From Oceanispirochaeta sp. (GTDB lineage: Bacteria > Spirochaetota > Spirochaetia > DSM-2461): a stretch of 64,000 nucleotides of DNA. The notes beneath the pieces were generated by a model. It saw nothing but the letters and a program-made list of their open reading frames with translations. It ran no database searches and was not told the DNA's origin. Positions within the stretch are counted from its first letter, which is position 1, and every line of letters starts with the position of its first letter. This document shows positions 51,473 to 60,070 of the stretch, one piece after another. The translations under genes were made by a program, and so were the position numbers. The stretch lies in NCBI GenBank assembly GCA_963666275.2, contig CAXXOA010000002.1, positions 1,920,001 through 1,984,000 on the forward strand, written 5' to 3'.

Positions 51473-52382
51473 TTCCAAACCGACTCTTACTCTCTGTATC
51501 CTTATCTGTGTCCTATTCAGCTTCTCCTCCTGCACCACCAAACCTGTTCTCCCTGAAACAGTCACAGACCCTGCAGGAGTCCTTCCTGCCGGTGAGGACT
51601 GGTATCTTCTGGTCCGTCCTTCAGAGCACTCCGAACTTATCTCCCATCTGGCTACCCGGTTTGTTGAGCAGACCGGTTCCATTGATTCTGCCCTGGAAAG
51701 GACAAGCACCGCAGTTATGAGCGGCCGTTTTCCAACTTCAGTAGTTCCCTCTGATACGGAAGAGGGGACCACTATAAATCTTCCCGAATTCTCTTCCAGC
51801 TTTCAGGGAGATTATCCGGCCTTCTGGGTCCGAAATGCCCTGAGAAAGGATCCTTCCTGGGAAAAAACTGAAAGAGCTGTTTACCAGGGACCGTCCGATC
51901 TCCTGGTGGATACGGAGTTTCGGGACAGGATCCTGGCAGTAAAGGGAGAAAGGCGCCTGTCTGATCTACAGAAAGAGTTTCTTACTCCTGCAGAGGCCCG
52001 GCGACTCCCTGAGGACATGACGGACTGGTGGAATACGGGAGCCCCGGCTCTCCTTATCTATCTTCCCGATCTGGGGGCATACTCGCTTCCCCAGGGGCTT
52101 CCCGCACTGCCAGAGGGTACCAGGGCCGATCTGGCCCTGCTGGAAGGAGAGAGCGGCTTCTATGAGCTGAACCTCTCATTGGTTTTTACCGATGCCCGAT
52201 CCGCCCGGCTCTGGTCCCTGGGACTGCGTTTTTTCCTGGCCGCCCGGCTGGGGAACTCTCCCGAACCGGAGGAAAGACAGGCCCTGCAGGAGCTATCCCT
52301 GACAACCAAAGAATCTACCATCCGTCTGACCGGTTGGATTATGACGTCCGAAGGATGGGGTAAATTTCTTTCCAAAGAATAA
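51393..52382 (+). CDS. Hypothetical lipoprotein (start uncertain)
   Basis: Hydrophobic stretch with lipobox FSFSSC (Cys at 51531); nearest in-frame starts (51393 ATG, 51444 TTG) lie within REPs. Confidence 0.65.
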   Translation: MLPEERELNPQTFSPRPLGEGSGERVGSKPTLTLCILICVLFSFSSCTTKPVLPETVTDPAGVLPAGEDWYLLVRPSEHSELISHLATRFVEQTGSIDSALERTSTAVMSGRFPTSVVPSDTEEGTTINLPEFSSSFQGDYPAFWVRNALRKDPSWEKTERAVYQGPSDLLVDTEFRDRILAVKGERRLSDLQKEFLTPAEARRLPEDMTDWWNTGAPALLIYLPDLGAYSLPQGLPALPEGTRADLALLEGESGFYELNLSLVFTDARSARLWSLGLRFFLAARLGNSPEPEERQALQELSLTTKESTIRLTGWIMTSEGWGKFLSKE

Positions 52383-52461
52383 ACTTCACTTTCCAGAATC
52401 CCCGGCAGCTGAGCGAAGCCGAAGCTATGTCTTCCGAAGGATGGGGACGTTTTATTGATCC

Positions 52462-52499
52462 AATCGGTAGAGACGCGATTCATCGCGTCTCTACCGATT
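52462..52499. repeat. GTAG-type REP palindrome
   Basis: Perfect 18-bp arms AATCGGTAGAGACGCGAT-TC-ATCGCGTCTCTACCGATT. Confidence 0.85.
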
Positions 52500-52576
52500 A
52501 ATCGCGTCAATACCAATTGAAACCCCCTTCCCATTCCGGTATCCTTAACCCATCTTAATAGAACAAAGGTAAAACA

Positions 52577-53182
52577 ATGATTGGTGTAGTAGATTACGAA
52601 GCGGGTAATCTGAAAAGTGTAGAAACCGCACTGGCCTATGTGGGTGCCGATTTTTTTATCTCTTCGGACCCACAGAAGCTGAAAAATGCGGATAAACTGA
52701 TTTTCCCCGGAGTGGGGGAAGCGGCGGCGGCCATGAAAGTTCTGAAAGCTTCAGGGCTGGATCAGGTTCTCAGGGATTTCGCCTCCTCGGGTAAACCCCT
52801 TTTCGGGATCTGTCTGGGAAGCCAGATTCTCTTTGATCACTCCGAAGAGTCGGATACTCCCTGTCTGGGAATCCTTCCTGGCAATGTTAAACAGTTTTCA
52901 CGCGATATGGGCCTGAAAATCCCCCACATGGGATGGAATACTCTGAAACACACCAATCATCCTCTTTTCAAAGATATTCCCCAGGACAAATCCTTCTATT
53001 TTGTCCATTCCTACTATGTCTCTCCCATGTCCGGGGAGGATGTTGTCGGAACCAGCGACTACGGCATTGAGTTCACTGCAGCCGTGGCAAGAGGAAATGT
53101 GATGGCAACCCAGTTCCACCCTGAGAAAAGCGGGGAGTGGGGTCTGAAAATCCTGAAGAATTTTATGGAACTGGAGGTGTAG
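52577..53182 (+). CDS. hisH: Imidazole glycerol phosphate synthase, glutaminase subunit
   Basis: GNLKSV, PGVG, GICLG, PHMGWN, YFVHSY, QFHPEKS. Confidence 0.95.
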   Translation: MIGVVDYEAGNLKSVETALAYVGADFFISSDPQKLKNADKLIFPGVGEAAAAMKVLKASGLDQVLRDFASSGKPLFGICLGSQILFDHSEESDTPCLGILPGNVKQFSRDMGLKIPHMGWNTLKHTNHPLFKDIPQDKSFYFVHSYYVSPMSGEDVVGTSDYGIEFTAAVARGNVMATQFHPEKSGEWGLKILKNFMELEV

Positions 53183-53183
53183 G

Positions 53184-53948
53184 ATGCTGCAGAAAAGGAT
53201 TGTTGTCTGTCTGGATGTAAGAGACGGAAAAACTACCAAGGGAATCAAATTCAAAGGAAATATAGATATAGGTGATCCCGTGGAAATGGCGGCGGAATAC
53301 TACCGTCAGGGTGTGGATGAGCTTGTGTTCTACGATATTACAGCCTCGGCAGAGAAACGGGGTATTATGATAGACGTGGTCCGCAGAGTGGCGGAAACGA
53401 TATTTATCCCCTTCTGTGTGGGCGGCGGTATTTCCTCTGTAGAGGATATGCGGGCCGTTCTGCTGGCAGGAGCGGAAAAAATAAGCGTTAATTCCGCTGC
53501 CGTGAGAAACCCCGATATCATTGACGGGGGAGCCAGGCAGTTCGGTAATCAGTGTATTGTCCTGGGAATGGATGCCATGGCGGATCCTTCCATGCCTTCG
53601 GGTTACCGGGTGGTGATCGACGGCGGACGGAAAAAAACTGAACTGGATGCTCTGGCCTGGGCAAAGGAAGCTGAATCCCGGGGGGCCGGTGAGATTGTTC
53701 TCAACTCTATTGACGCCGATGGTACAAGAGAGGGATATGAGCTGACGGCCACCCGTCTGATCAGTGAGAGCGTCGGGATCCCGGTGGTCGCATCCGGCGG
53801 AGCAGGAACACCCCAGCATCTGGCGGATGTCCTGACAGATGGAAAAGCCGATGCGGCGCTGATCGCCAGTATGGTTCACTTCGGAGACTATACAGTTCCG
53901 GGAATCAAACAGTTCCTGAATGATCAGAAGATCCCTGTCAGGATGTAG
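53184..53948 (+). CDS. hisF: Imidazole glycerol phosphate synthase, cyclase subunit
   Basis: [42 protein letters not shown]. Confidence 0.95.
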   Translation: MLQKRIVVCLDVRDGKTTKGIKFKGNIDIGDPVEMAAEYYRQGVDELVFYDITASAEKRGIMIDVVRRVAETIFIPFCVGGGISSVEDMRAVLLAGAEKISVNSAAVRNPDIIDGGARQFGNQCIVLGMDAMADPSMPSGYRVVIDGGRKKTELDALAWAKEAESRGAGEIVLNSIDADGTREGYELTATRLISESVGIPVVASGGAGTPQHLADVLTDGKADAALIASMVHFGDYTVPGIKQFLNDQKIPVRM

Positions 53949-53980
53949 CTTAAAATAAGTCTCTGTATCATATCTCTTTA

Positions 53981-54005
53981 TTCCCGGAGAAAAATTCTCC
54001 GGGAA
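53981..54005. terminator. Perfect hairpin after hisF
   Basis: TTCCCGGAGAA-AAA-TTCTCCGGGAA; could be a terminator or an operator. Confidence 0.45.
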
Positions 54006-54101
54006 AAGAAAGCTCTGTCTTGCCTTTGCCAATCAAAATCAGTATATTTTATTCACAAAACACTTGGAATACCCCTTCCATTAGAAGGAGAACTGATAAA
54101 A

Positions 54102-54371
54102 ATGCCTACTTACGATTACGAATGCAAGAACTGCGGACATATATTTGAATACTTCCAGTCCATGGCGGACGATCCTCTGACAACCTGCCCCGACTGTAAA
54201 ACAGAATCTCTGAAACGCCTGATCGGAGGCGGCATGGGTGTGATCTTCAAAGGCAGCGGCTTCTATGTAAACGATGCCAAAAAAAGCTCCAGCACCTCCC
54301 AGCCCCTGAAAGACAAAGCAGAGAAAAAAGACGCAGCTCCCGCCAAAAAGGCCGACACCCAGACAGCCTAG
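54102..54371 (+). CDS. FmdB family zinc-ribbon protein
   Basis: MPTYDYECKNCG, CPDC, FKGSGFYVND. Confidence 0.92.
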   Translation: MPTYDYECKNCGHIFEYFQSMADDPLTTCPDCKTESLKRLIGGGMGVIFKGSGFYVNDAKKSSSTSQPLKDKAEKKDAAPAKKADTQTA

Positions 54372-54422
54372 CTTCGGCTCCGCTCCGCTCGGTGTATTTT
54401 CTTCCCTTTTTCAGCTCCATTC

Positions 54423-54604
54423 GTACAGACGCGATTTATCGCGTCTCTCTTCTCCGGGATAAGCATGCTTTCTCAGGATAAGCTTTTACATTATCAGCAA
54501 GGCTTTATCTCTCTTTCTCGTATACCCATAGATGCGATCAGGCTCCTATCCTTTGGCTTTTTGGGCTTAGATATAAAAAAAGACGCGATAAATCGCGTCT
54601 GTAC
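54423..54604. repeat. Inverted REP doublet (REPIN-like)
   Basis: GTACAGACGCGATTTATCGCGTCT at 54423 and its reverse complement at 54581. Confidence 0.85.
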
Positions 54605-54626
54605 AGATAGGCTTTGTAGGAGAGGC

Positions 54627-55811
54627 TCAGCTTTCCAGTAATACAGGGGGGAAGTAGATCTTCTCGGCCTGTTCTTCCGCCTGTTTCAGCAGGTCTTCCA
54701 TACCTTCGATCGTTTCCCAGTCGGCCTGAGTCTGTTTGAGATCGGGGCGCACCTCAGGATGAGTCGGCGAAAAGAGGGTGCAGCAGTCGTCAAAGGGCTG
54801 TACCGATGTTTCAAAAGCTTTGATTTTCCGGGAAATCAGGATGGTTTCCTCTTTATCCATTCCGATGAGCGGACGGAATACGGGGAGTTCTACCGAGCTG
54901 TTGGTATAGCTCAGGCTTTCCAGGGTCTGGCTTGCCACCTGACTGAGAGCTTCTCCCGTTATGAGGCACAGATCGTCCCTCTTCCGGGCTATAGACTGAG
55001 CGATTTTCATCATGGCCGCCCGGGAGTGGAGGGTTGTCGTTTCCGGACGGACAGAACGGTTGATCTGCACCTGTACATCCGTAAAGGGGACTGTGTACAG
55101 AGTCAGCCCGCTGCACCAGGGGGCCAGGATCTTTGCCAGATCTTTGACTTTATCCAGTGATTCCGGACTGGTATAGGGCGGCGTATGGAAGTACACCGCA
55201 TCCAGGCTCAGGCCTCTTTTGGCCATCAGATAACCTGCCACTGGAGAATCGATGCCTCCTGAGAGCAGGAGCATCCCCTTACCGGCGCTGTGAACAGGCA
55301 GTCCTCCGGATCCTCTGTGGGTATACCCGTAGACATAACCTTTCTCTCTCAGTTCCACATGGATTGTCCAGTCGGGGTTTTTCACATCCACACGCAATTC
55401 GGGAAAGGCTTCCAGTACCTTTCCGCCCAGTTCGGCAGAATAGCCGTAGTTGTCCATGGGGAGACTTTTGTCCACCCGGCGGGTACTGACCTTAAAAGTG
55501 CTGCCGTTGCCGGCCTCAAGGTTCTGACGAGCTACCAGGAGGGCTTTTTCTGTGAGCTCCTCCAGATTTTTTTTACAGCTGTAGGAACGGGTATATCCTG
55601 TGATTCCAAAAACTTTTTCAAGACAGGAACAGACATACTCTTCAGGGAGATCTTCTGTCTCCAGGTAAAATCTACCTGACCTTATGGTGACCCTTGTGGG
55701 GTGGGGACGGAGGATTTTTTTGATATTATTTTTTAACTGCCGTTCGAAAAGGGCCTTGTTTCCCTTTTTCAGGGCAATCTCGCCAATTTTAATAAGATAT
55801 AGATCACTCAT
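54627..55811 (-). CDS. thiI: tRNA 4-thiouridine synthase (no rhodanese domain)
   Basis: GEIALKKGN, THUMP domain, LLSGGIDSPVA, QVASQT, RPLIGMDKEE, DCC. Confidence 0.95.
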   Translation of the reverse strand: MSDLYLIKIGEIALKKGNKALFERQLKNNIKKILRPHPTRVTIRSGRFYLETEDLPEEYVCSCLEKVFGITGYTRSYSCKKNLEELTEKALLVARQNLEAGNGSTFKVSTRRVDKSLPMDNYGYSAELGGKVLEAFPELRVDVKNPDWTIHVELREKGYVYGYTHRGSGGLPVHSAGKGMLLLSGGIDSPVAGYLMAKRGLSLDAVYFHTPPYTSPESLDKVKDLAKILAPWCSGLTLYTVPFTDVQVQINRSVRPETTTLHSRAAMMKIAQSIARKRDDLCLITGEALSQVASQTLESLSYTNSSVELPVFRPLIGMDKEETILISRKIKAFETSVQPFDDCCTLFSPTHPEVRPDLKQTQADWETIEGMEDLLKQAEEQAEKIYFPPVLLES

Positions 55812-55888
55812 GGCAGGTATGGTATCAGATTTATGATTTTTGGGTCAGCCCTGACAGGCATATATTATGAGTTTTCCCGGGGGATTCT

Positions 55889-56050
55889 GAAGGGGACGCA
55901 GATCTGCGTCCCTTACGAGGAATTATCATGTTATAGGAGTTAGGTTTGCAGGGGTGTGAAGGGGATGCAGATCTGCGTCCCTTACGAGGTATTATCAAGT
56001 TATAGGAGTTAGGTGGGGGAAGTTCTGTGGGGGCCGCAGATCTGAAGCCC
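55889..56050 (-). repeat. Three-unit tandem REP array, 69-bp period
   Basis: GCAGATCTG core at 55898, 55967 and 56036; shared linker CTTACGAGG.ATTATCA.GTTATAGGAGTTAGGT. Confidence 0.85.
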
Positions 56051-56061
56051 ATCCATTGGGA

Positions 56062-57219
56062 TTATCTCCTGAACACAGCCCGGCCGACGATTTCCACCTG
56101 CTCTCTGAGGGCTGTGATAAACTGTTCCAGATCCTCCCGGGTTGTGGTCGGCCCCTGGGAGATCCTGATGGATGAGAAGGCTGTGTTATGATCGATTCCC
56201 ATGGATTCCAGAGCTCTGGTCCTGGTTTTCTTATTACTGGAACAGGCTGATCCTGTGGATATGGCAAAACCGGCTTCGTCCATCACACGGGTAAGAACCT
56301 CTCCGGGAAGGGGCGGTATGGCGCAGGTGATCATCCAGGGAGAGTAATGGGCGGGATTTCGTATCCTTGATTCCGGAAGGATCCGGCAGCCTCTTATGGA
56401 AGAAAGAGCATCCATCAGGTACGCCATCCTTGCTGCCGCAGCATCGAAATCAGTTTCACAAGTCAGTTCCAGAGCCTTTGCCAGTGCGGCGGCTCCCGCC
56501 AGGTTCTCTGTTCCGGGGCGGATTCCTTTTTCCTGTCCTCCTCCCGTATAAAGTGGGGAAAGGGGCCTTTTCAGATAGATCAGACCGATCCCCCGGGGGC
56601 CCCTTATCTTATGGGCACTGAAGGAGGCCGAATCCAGATCCCACTCTTTGAGAGTGAAGGGAATCTTGCCTGCCGTCTGCACCAGGTCCGAATGAATGTG
56701 GATTATCCGGCCCAGTTGAGATTCTTTCTCTCTTACTGTTTTAATAAGATTTTCCATGGGCTGGATCACACCTGTTTCATTATGCACCGCCATGAAAATA
56801 ACCATTCTGGTATCATCTGACAGGAGTTTTTCCAGTTTTTTTTCTGAAAGCCTTCCATCGGAGCCGGGATTAATAACCTTGATTTCCCATCCTTCTTTTT
56901 TCAGATCCTGTACGGGTTCCCATAAAGAGGGGTGTTCCAGCCCGCTGATAATGATGCGGCCTTTGTCCCGTCGGCGGAGCAGGGAGGATATCACCAGATT
57001 GTTGGATTCAGTCCCTCCAGATGTAAAATAGAGCGATTCGGGCGCACAGTGCAGAATCTCTGAACAGCTTGTTCGCAGCTCTTCCAGTCTCTGATGAGCT
57101 CTTTTTCCTTCCTGATGGAGGGAGGAGGGGTTTCCAAAGGTATTTTCCGCCTCTTTTACATACGTTGTCAGCACTTCCGGTGAGGCTGGTGTTGTGGCGG
57201 CCCAGTCAAGGTATATCAT
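56062..57219 (-). CDS. Cysteine desulfurase (IscS/NifZ-like)
   Basis: MIYLDWAATT, FGNPSSLH, TSGGTESNN, SAHKIRGP, STGSACSS. Confidence 0.93.
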   Translation of the reverse strand: MIYLDWAATTPASPEVLTTYVKEAENTFGNPSSLHQEGKRAHQRLEELRTSCSEILHCAPESLYFTSGGTESNNLVISSLLRRRDKGRIIISGLEHPSLWEPVQDLKKEGWEIKVINPGSDGRLSEKKLEKLLSDDTRMVIFMAVHNETGVIQPMENLIKTVREKESQLGRIIHIHSDLVQTAGKIPFTLKEWDLDSASFSAHKIRGPRGIGLIYLKRPLSPLYTGGGQEKGIRPGTENLAGAAALAKALELTCETDFDAAAARMAYLMDALSSIRGCRILPESRIRNPAHYSPWMITCAIPPLPGEVLTRVMDEAGFAISTGSACSSNKKTRTRALESMGIDHNTAFSSIRISQGPTTTREDLEQFITALREQVEIVGRAVFRR

Positions 57220-57337
57220 AAGACAATACGATACCCTGAAGCATTTGCTTTTTTCAAGCGTGCACGGCATTTATTCCTTATTGAAAGGGTGATATTAAAT
57301 ATTGATTAAAATTGAAAGGAATGCTATTTTTCTATAT

Positions 57338-57637
57338 ATGGAAAACAAATGTAATTGCCCGGAAGAAGTGGTAGAAGGGTATGCCAAAAAACTGAAGGTC
57401 TGCGGACACCCTCTCAGACTGAAGATGCTCTGTCTGATTGAAAGGCAGGACTGCTGTGTTTCCGAGCTGTGGCAGTGCCTTGATCAGCCCCAGCCTGTTA
57501 TATCCCAGCATCTGGCCGTACTCAAAGATAAAGGAATCGTTGAGTCCCTGACGGAAGGAAATAAAAGAATCTACAGAATTGTCGATCCCTTTGTGCAGAA
57601 CATAGTCAAAGGTTTTGACGGCGTCCTGAATGTGTAG
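57338..57637 (+). CDS. ArsR/SmtB family regulator
   Basis: LK..GHP.RL, CVSEL, QP.ISQHLAVLK..GIV...EGN..IY. Confidence 0.9.
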   Translation: MENKCNCPEEVVEGYAKKLKVCGHPLRLKMLCLIERQDCCVSELWQCLDQPQPVISQHLAVLKDKGIVESLTEGNKRIYRIVDPFVQNIVKGFDGVLNV

Positions 57638-57663
57638 ATCGGTTTCTCTATTATTATAAACAT

Positions 57664-57697
57664 AAAAGCCGGAGGTTTTACCCTACCGGCTTTTTTT
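57664..57697. terminator. Bidirectional intrinsic terminator
   Basis: AAAAGCCGG...CCGGCTTTTTTT between convergent genes. Confidence 0.8.
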
Positions 57698-57712
57698 ATG
57701 CCACATGACTAT

Positions 57713-58795
57713 TTATTTCCTGTCAGGATGATGATGCCTGTAATGAAGATACAGGAAAAATACAAGAACCAGTAACAGAGAAAGCAGAACCGGCAGGAAC
57801 CGCATGACTCCCCGGATGGAAACAAAAAGGAAAATACTGAATCCCGCAAAAACCTGAATCCCTATGATCAGAGAGAGGATCTGCCTCTCATCCAGCCCCA
57901 TGTCCAGGAGTTTGTGATGCATATGTTCCCTGTCGGGAGTGAAAAAGTGGAGGCCCTTCCGTTTCCGGCGGATCATGGCGGCAAAAACATCTGCAATGGG
58001 GATCATAAGCATGGTTACGGGAAGAACCAGAGCGGTACCGCTTTGGGGCTCCGCCATGAGGGGGAGTAGGGCCAGTAGAAATCCCAGAGTCAGGCTTCCC
58101 GAGTCGCCCATAAAAATCCGGGCCGGGGGGAAGTTGTAGAAAAGGTATCCGAAAACGGATCCCAGAAGGGTAAAGCATATAATGGAAAGGATGTTCTGTC
58201 CGTTTAACAGAAAAACTATGGCATAAATAAAGGTGGCCATTCCAACAATACCGGCGGAAAGGCCGTCCATTCCGTCTATCAGGTTGACCGCATTGGTTAT
58301 TCCGATAAGCCAGATAATTGTGAGGACAGGACCGAACCAGCCCAGATTAAGGGCTATGTCTGTAAAGGGAATTGTTATGTAACGGATGCCAACGCCTCCG
58401 AGGATCACAAGAAGGGAGGCTATGATCTGTCCATACAGTTTGATCCGGGCTCTCAGATTGGCAAAGTCATCCAGGATGCCGATGATGAATATCAGAAAAA
58501 ATCCTGCAAAGATTATCAGATTGTTTAGAGAGTATTCCAGGGAAAAATTGATTGATGAGTTCAGCAGTTTTGCCGTTCCCAGGGAGGTAACCCCTCCGGA
58601 AACAATCAGAGAAAGAACGATGCCGATTCCTCCCAGGCGGGAGATCTGGCCGGTATGAATTTTTCGTTCATCCGTAGAGTCATCGAACCAGTTTTTCTTT
58701 TTGGAAAGCTGTATCAGGAAGGGGATCAGGTACAAATTTAAAATAAATGCCAGTGTAGTTGCTGTGAATGCCAGCAGCAGACTTTTCGCTTCCAT
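57713..58795 (-). CDS. wecA: WecA/TagO undecaprenyl-phosphate GlcNAc-1-P transferase
   Basis: RKIH...RLGG, GILDD, NAVNLIDGMDGL, NFPPARIFMGDSGS, DREHMHH. Confidence 0.9.
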   Translation of the reverse strand: MEAKSLLLAFTATTLAFILNLYLIPFLIQLSKKKNWFDDSTDERKIHTGQISRLGGIGIVLSLIVSGGVTSLGTAKLLNSSINFSLEYSLNNLIIFAGFFLIFIIGILDDFANLRARIKLYGQIIASLLVILGGVGIRYITIPFTDIALNLGWFGPVLTIIWLIGITNAVNLIDGMDGLSAGIVGMATFIYAIVFLLNGQNILSIICFTLLGSVFGYLFYNFPPARIFMGDSGSLTLGFLLALLPLMAEPQSGTALVLPVTMLMIPIADVFAAMIRRKRKGLHFFTPDREHMHHKLLDMGLDERQILSLIIGIQVFAGFSIFLFVSIRGVMRFLPVLLSLLLVLVFFLYLHYRHHHPDRK

Positions 58796-58893
58796 GCAAT
58801 CCCCGTTTTTAATAGTAATCAACAATCTAAAACATCATACAGTACTCGGAAATCCTTGTCCATAACCGTATGTTCTTATATATTCTAGTACAT

Positions 58894-59655
58894 ATGAAGA
58901 AGAAATTTATTCTTAAAAACCTTTTATTGACAGTTGTTGTTCTTTTGAGTTTGGCTTTTCCTCTTTCTGCCAAAAAGCCCGAAGAGTGGGACGGAATCAA
59001 CTTTCTTGAGAGGGAGCTCAACTACGTGGAAAGCTCCGAACTCTCACTGATTCCCCGATTCGAACAGGAGGGCGAGGTTCGTAAGATTCTGAAGGATTTT
59101 GATCCCTCCGGAACGGTGGAACTTCTCTACAGAATGCCTCTGCCTTCCAATCAGGGTGATGATCTTATGCTCCATATCCTGAACAGCATCAGCCGCATCA
59201 GTACGATGGAGGGTATTGAATACTATTCAGGCAGCCGGAAATCCATGTATCCCTATCTTGAAAAAGCCGCTGTTGTGGAAGATAAGAAGAGTGAAACCCC
59301 CATAGCGGACCTTCAGTTTGATTCCCTGCCCTCCAAACCGGGGAAGTTCGTTATCTACCAGAGAGACACCACCTTCGGGGATACCTGGTATGATGTGGAA
59401 ATGGAATACACTGGCTCTGCCATCAGGCTGTCCATGACCAATACCACAACCATGTGGTACAAGGTGTTTCCGGTGCTCAGAAAGGACAGGCTTCATATCG
59501 AAATGATCATTGTTCCTCACGAGGATGATCTTCTTTTCTATGGCCTGGCAGCCTTTAAACTGGGCAATACCTTCGGTTTTGAAATCCCCCTGGATGAGTC
59601 TTTCGACCATAGAATGAGCGCTCTGCAGGTCTGGTTCTATAACCAGGTCTACTGA
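58894..59655 (+). CDS. Exported protein, DUF6675-like
   Basis: Signal peptide; ISTMEGIEYYS.SR, Q.D.TFG, R..AL..WF. Confidence 0.65.
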   Translation: MKKKFILKNLLLTVVVLLSLAFPLSAKKPEEWDGINFLERELNYVESSELSLIPRFEQEGEVRKILKDFDPSGTVELLYRMPLPSNQGDDLMLHILNSISRISTMEGIEYYSGSRKSMYPYLEKAAVVEDKKSETPIADLQFDSLPSKPGKFVIYQRDTTFGDTWYDVEMEYTGSAIRLSMTNTTTMWYKVFPVLRKDRLHIEMIIVPHEDDLLFYGLAAFKLGNTFGFEIPLDESFDHRMSALQVWFYNQVY

Positions 59656-59667
59656 TACCGCTTAACC

Positions 59668-59723
59668 CCATCGCCGTACCAGCGTCTGCCTTTAACTAAC
59701 AGAGAGCCCCGGTACGGCGATGG
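59668..59723. repeat. 13-bp perfect inverted repeat after a stop codon
   Basis: CCATCGCCGTACC...GGTACGGCGATGG, 30-nt loop. Confidence 0.7.
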
Positions 59724-59825
59724 TAAGTCTTATCCAGATGTCCTCATGTTAGTCCTCGCAAAGTAACCTTATAACCAGCTCAACACGTATGTCCGGTTAG
59801 ATCCAACTTATCTATAGATCCACAC

Positions 59826-59999
59826 GTAAAGACGCGATTTATCGCGTCTCCTTATCTCCCCTCACATCGAGCATCAAGACAAACCACGCATGTATCTCTA
59901 ATCAGATTGTATAGAGATGATACTGGACGTGAAGAGATAAAGCAGACGACAAGATATGAATCAATCAAGAACAGAAGACGCGTTAAAACGCGTCTGTGC
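59826..59999. repeat. Inverted REP doublet (REPIN-like)
   Basis: GTAAAGACGCGATTTATCGCGTCT and AGACGCGTTAAAACGCGTCTGTGC with fold-back spacer. Confidence 0.75.
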
Positions 60000-60070
60000 A
60001 GGCTCCTCTCAGCCAATAATCAATAACTGAGGAAAGCCTGCATTAAGCTAAGCCGAAGCAGCCCTATAGA

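Noticed and set aside
52577..53948. hisH/hisF as LPS amidotransferase partners (WbuX/PseA type)
   Set aside because: They are far from the glycan cluster, have host-like GC, lack an adjacent N-acetyl sugar amidotransferase and show canonical His motifs.
55889..56050. Possible CRISPR array
   Set aside because: Only three units, the inter-palindrome sequence is mostly conserved rather than unique, no cas genes are present, and the same palindrome occurs solo at 5836; better explained as REPs.
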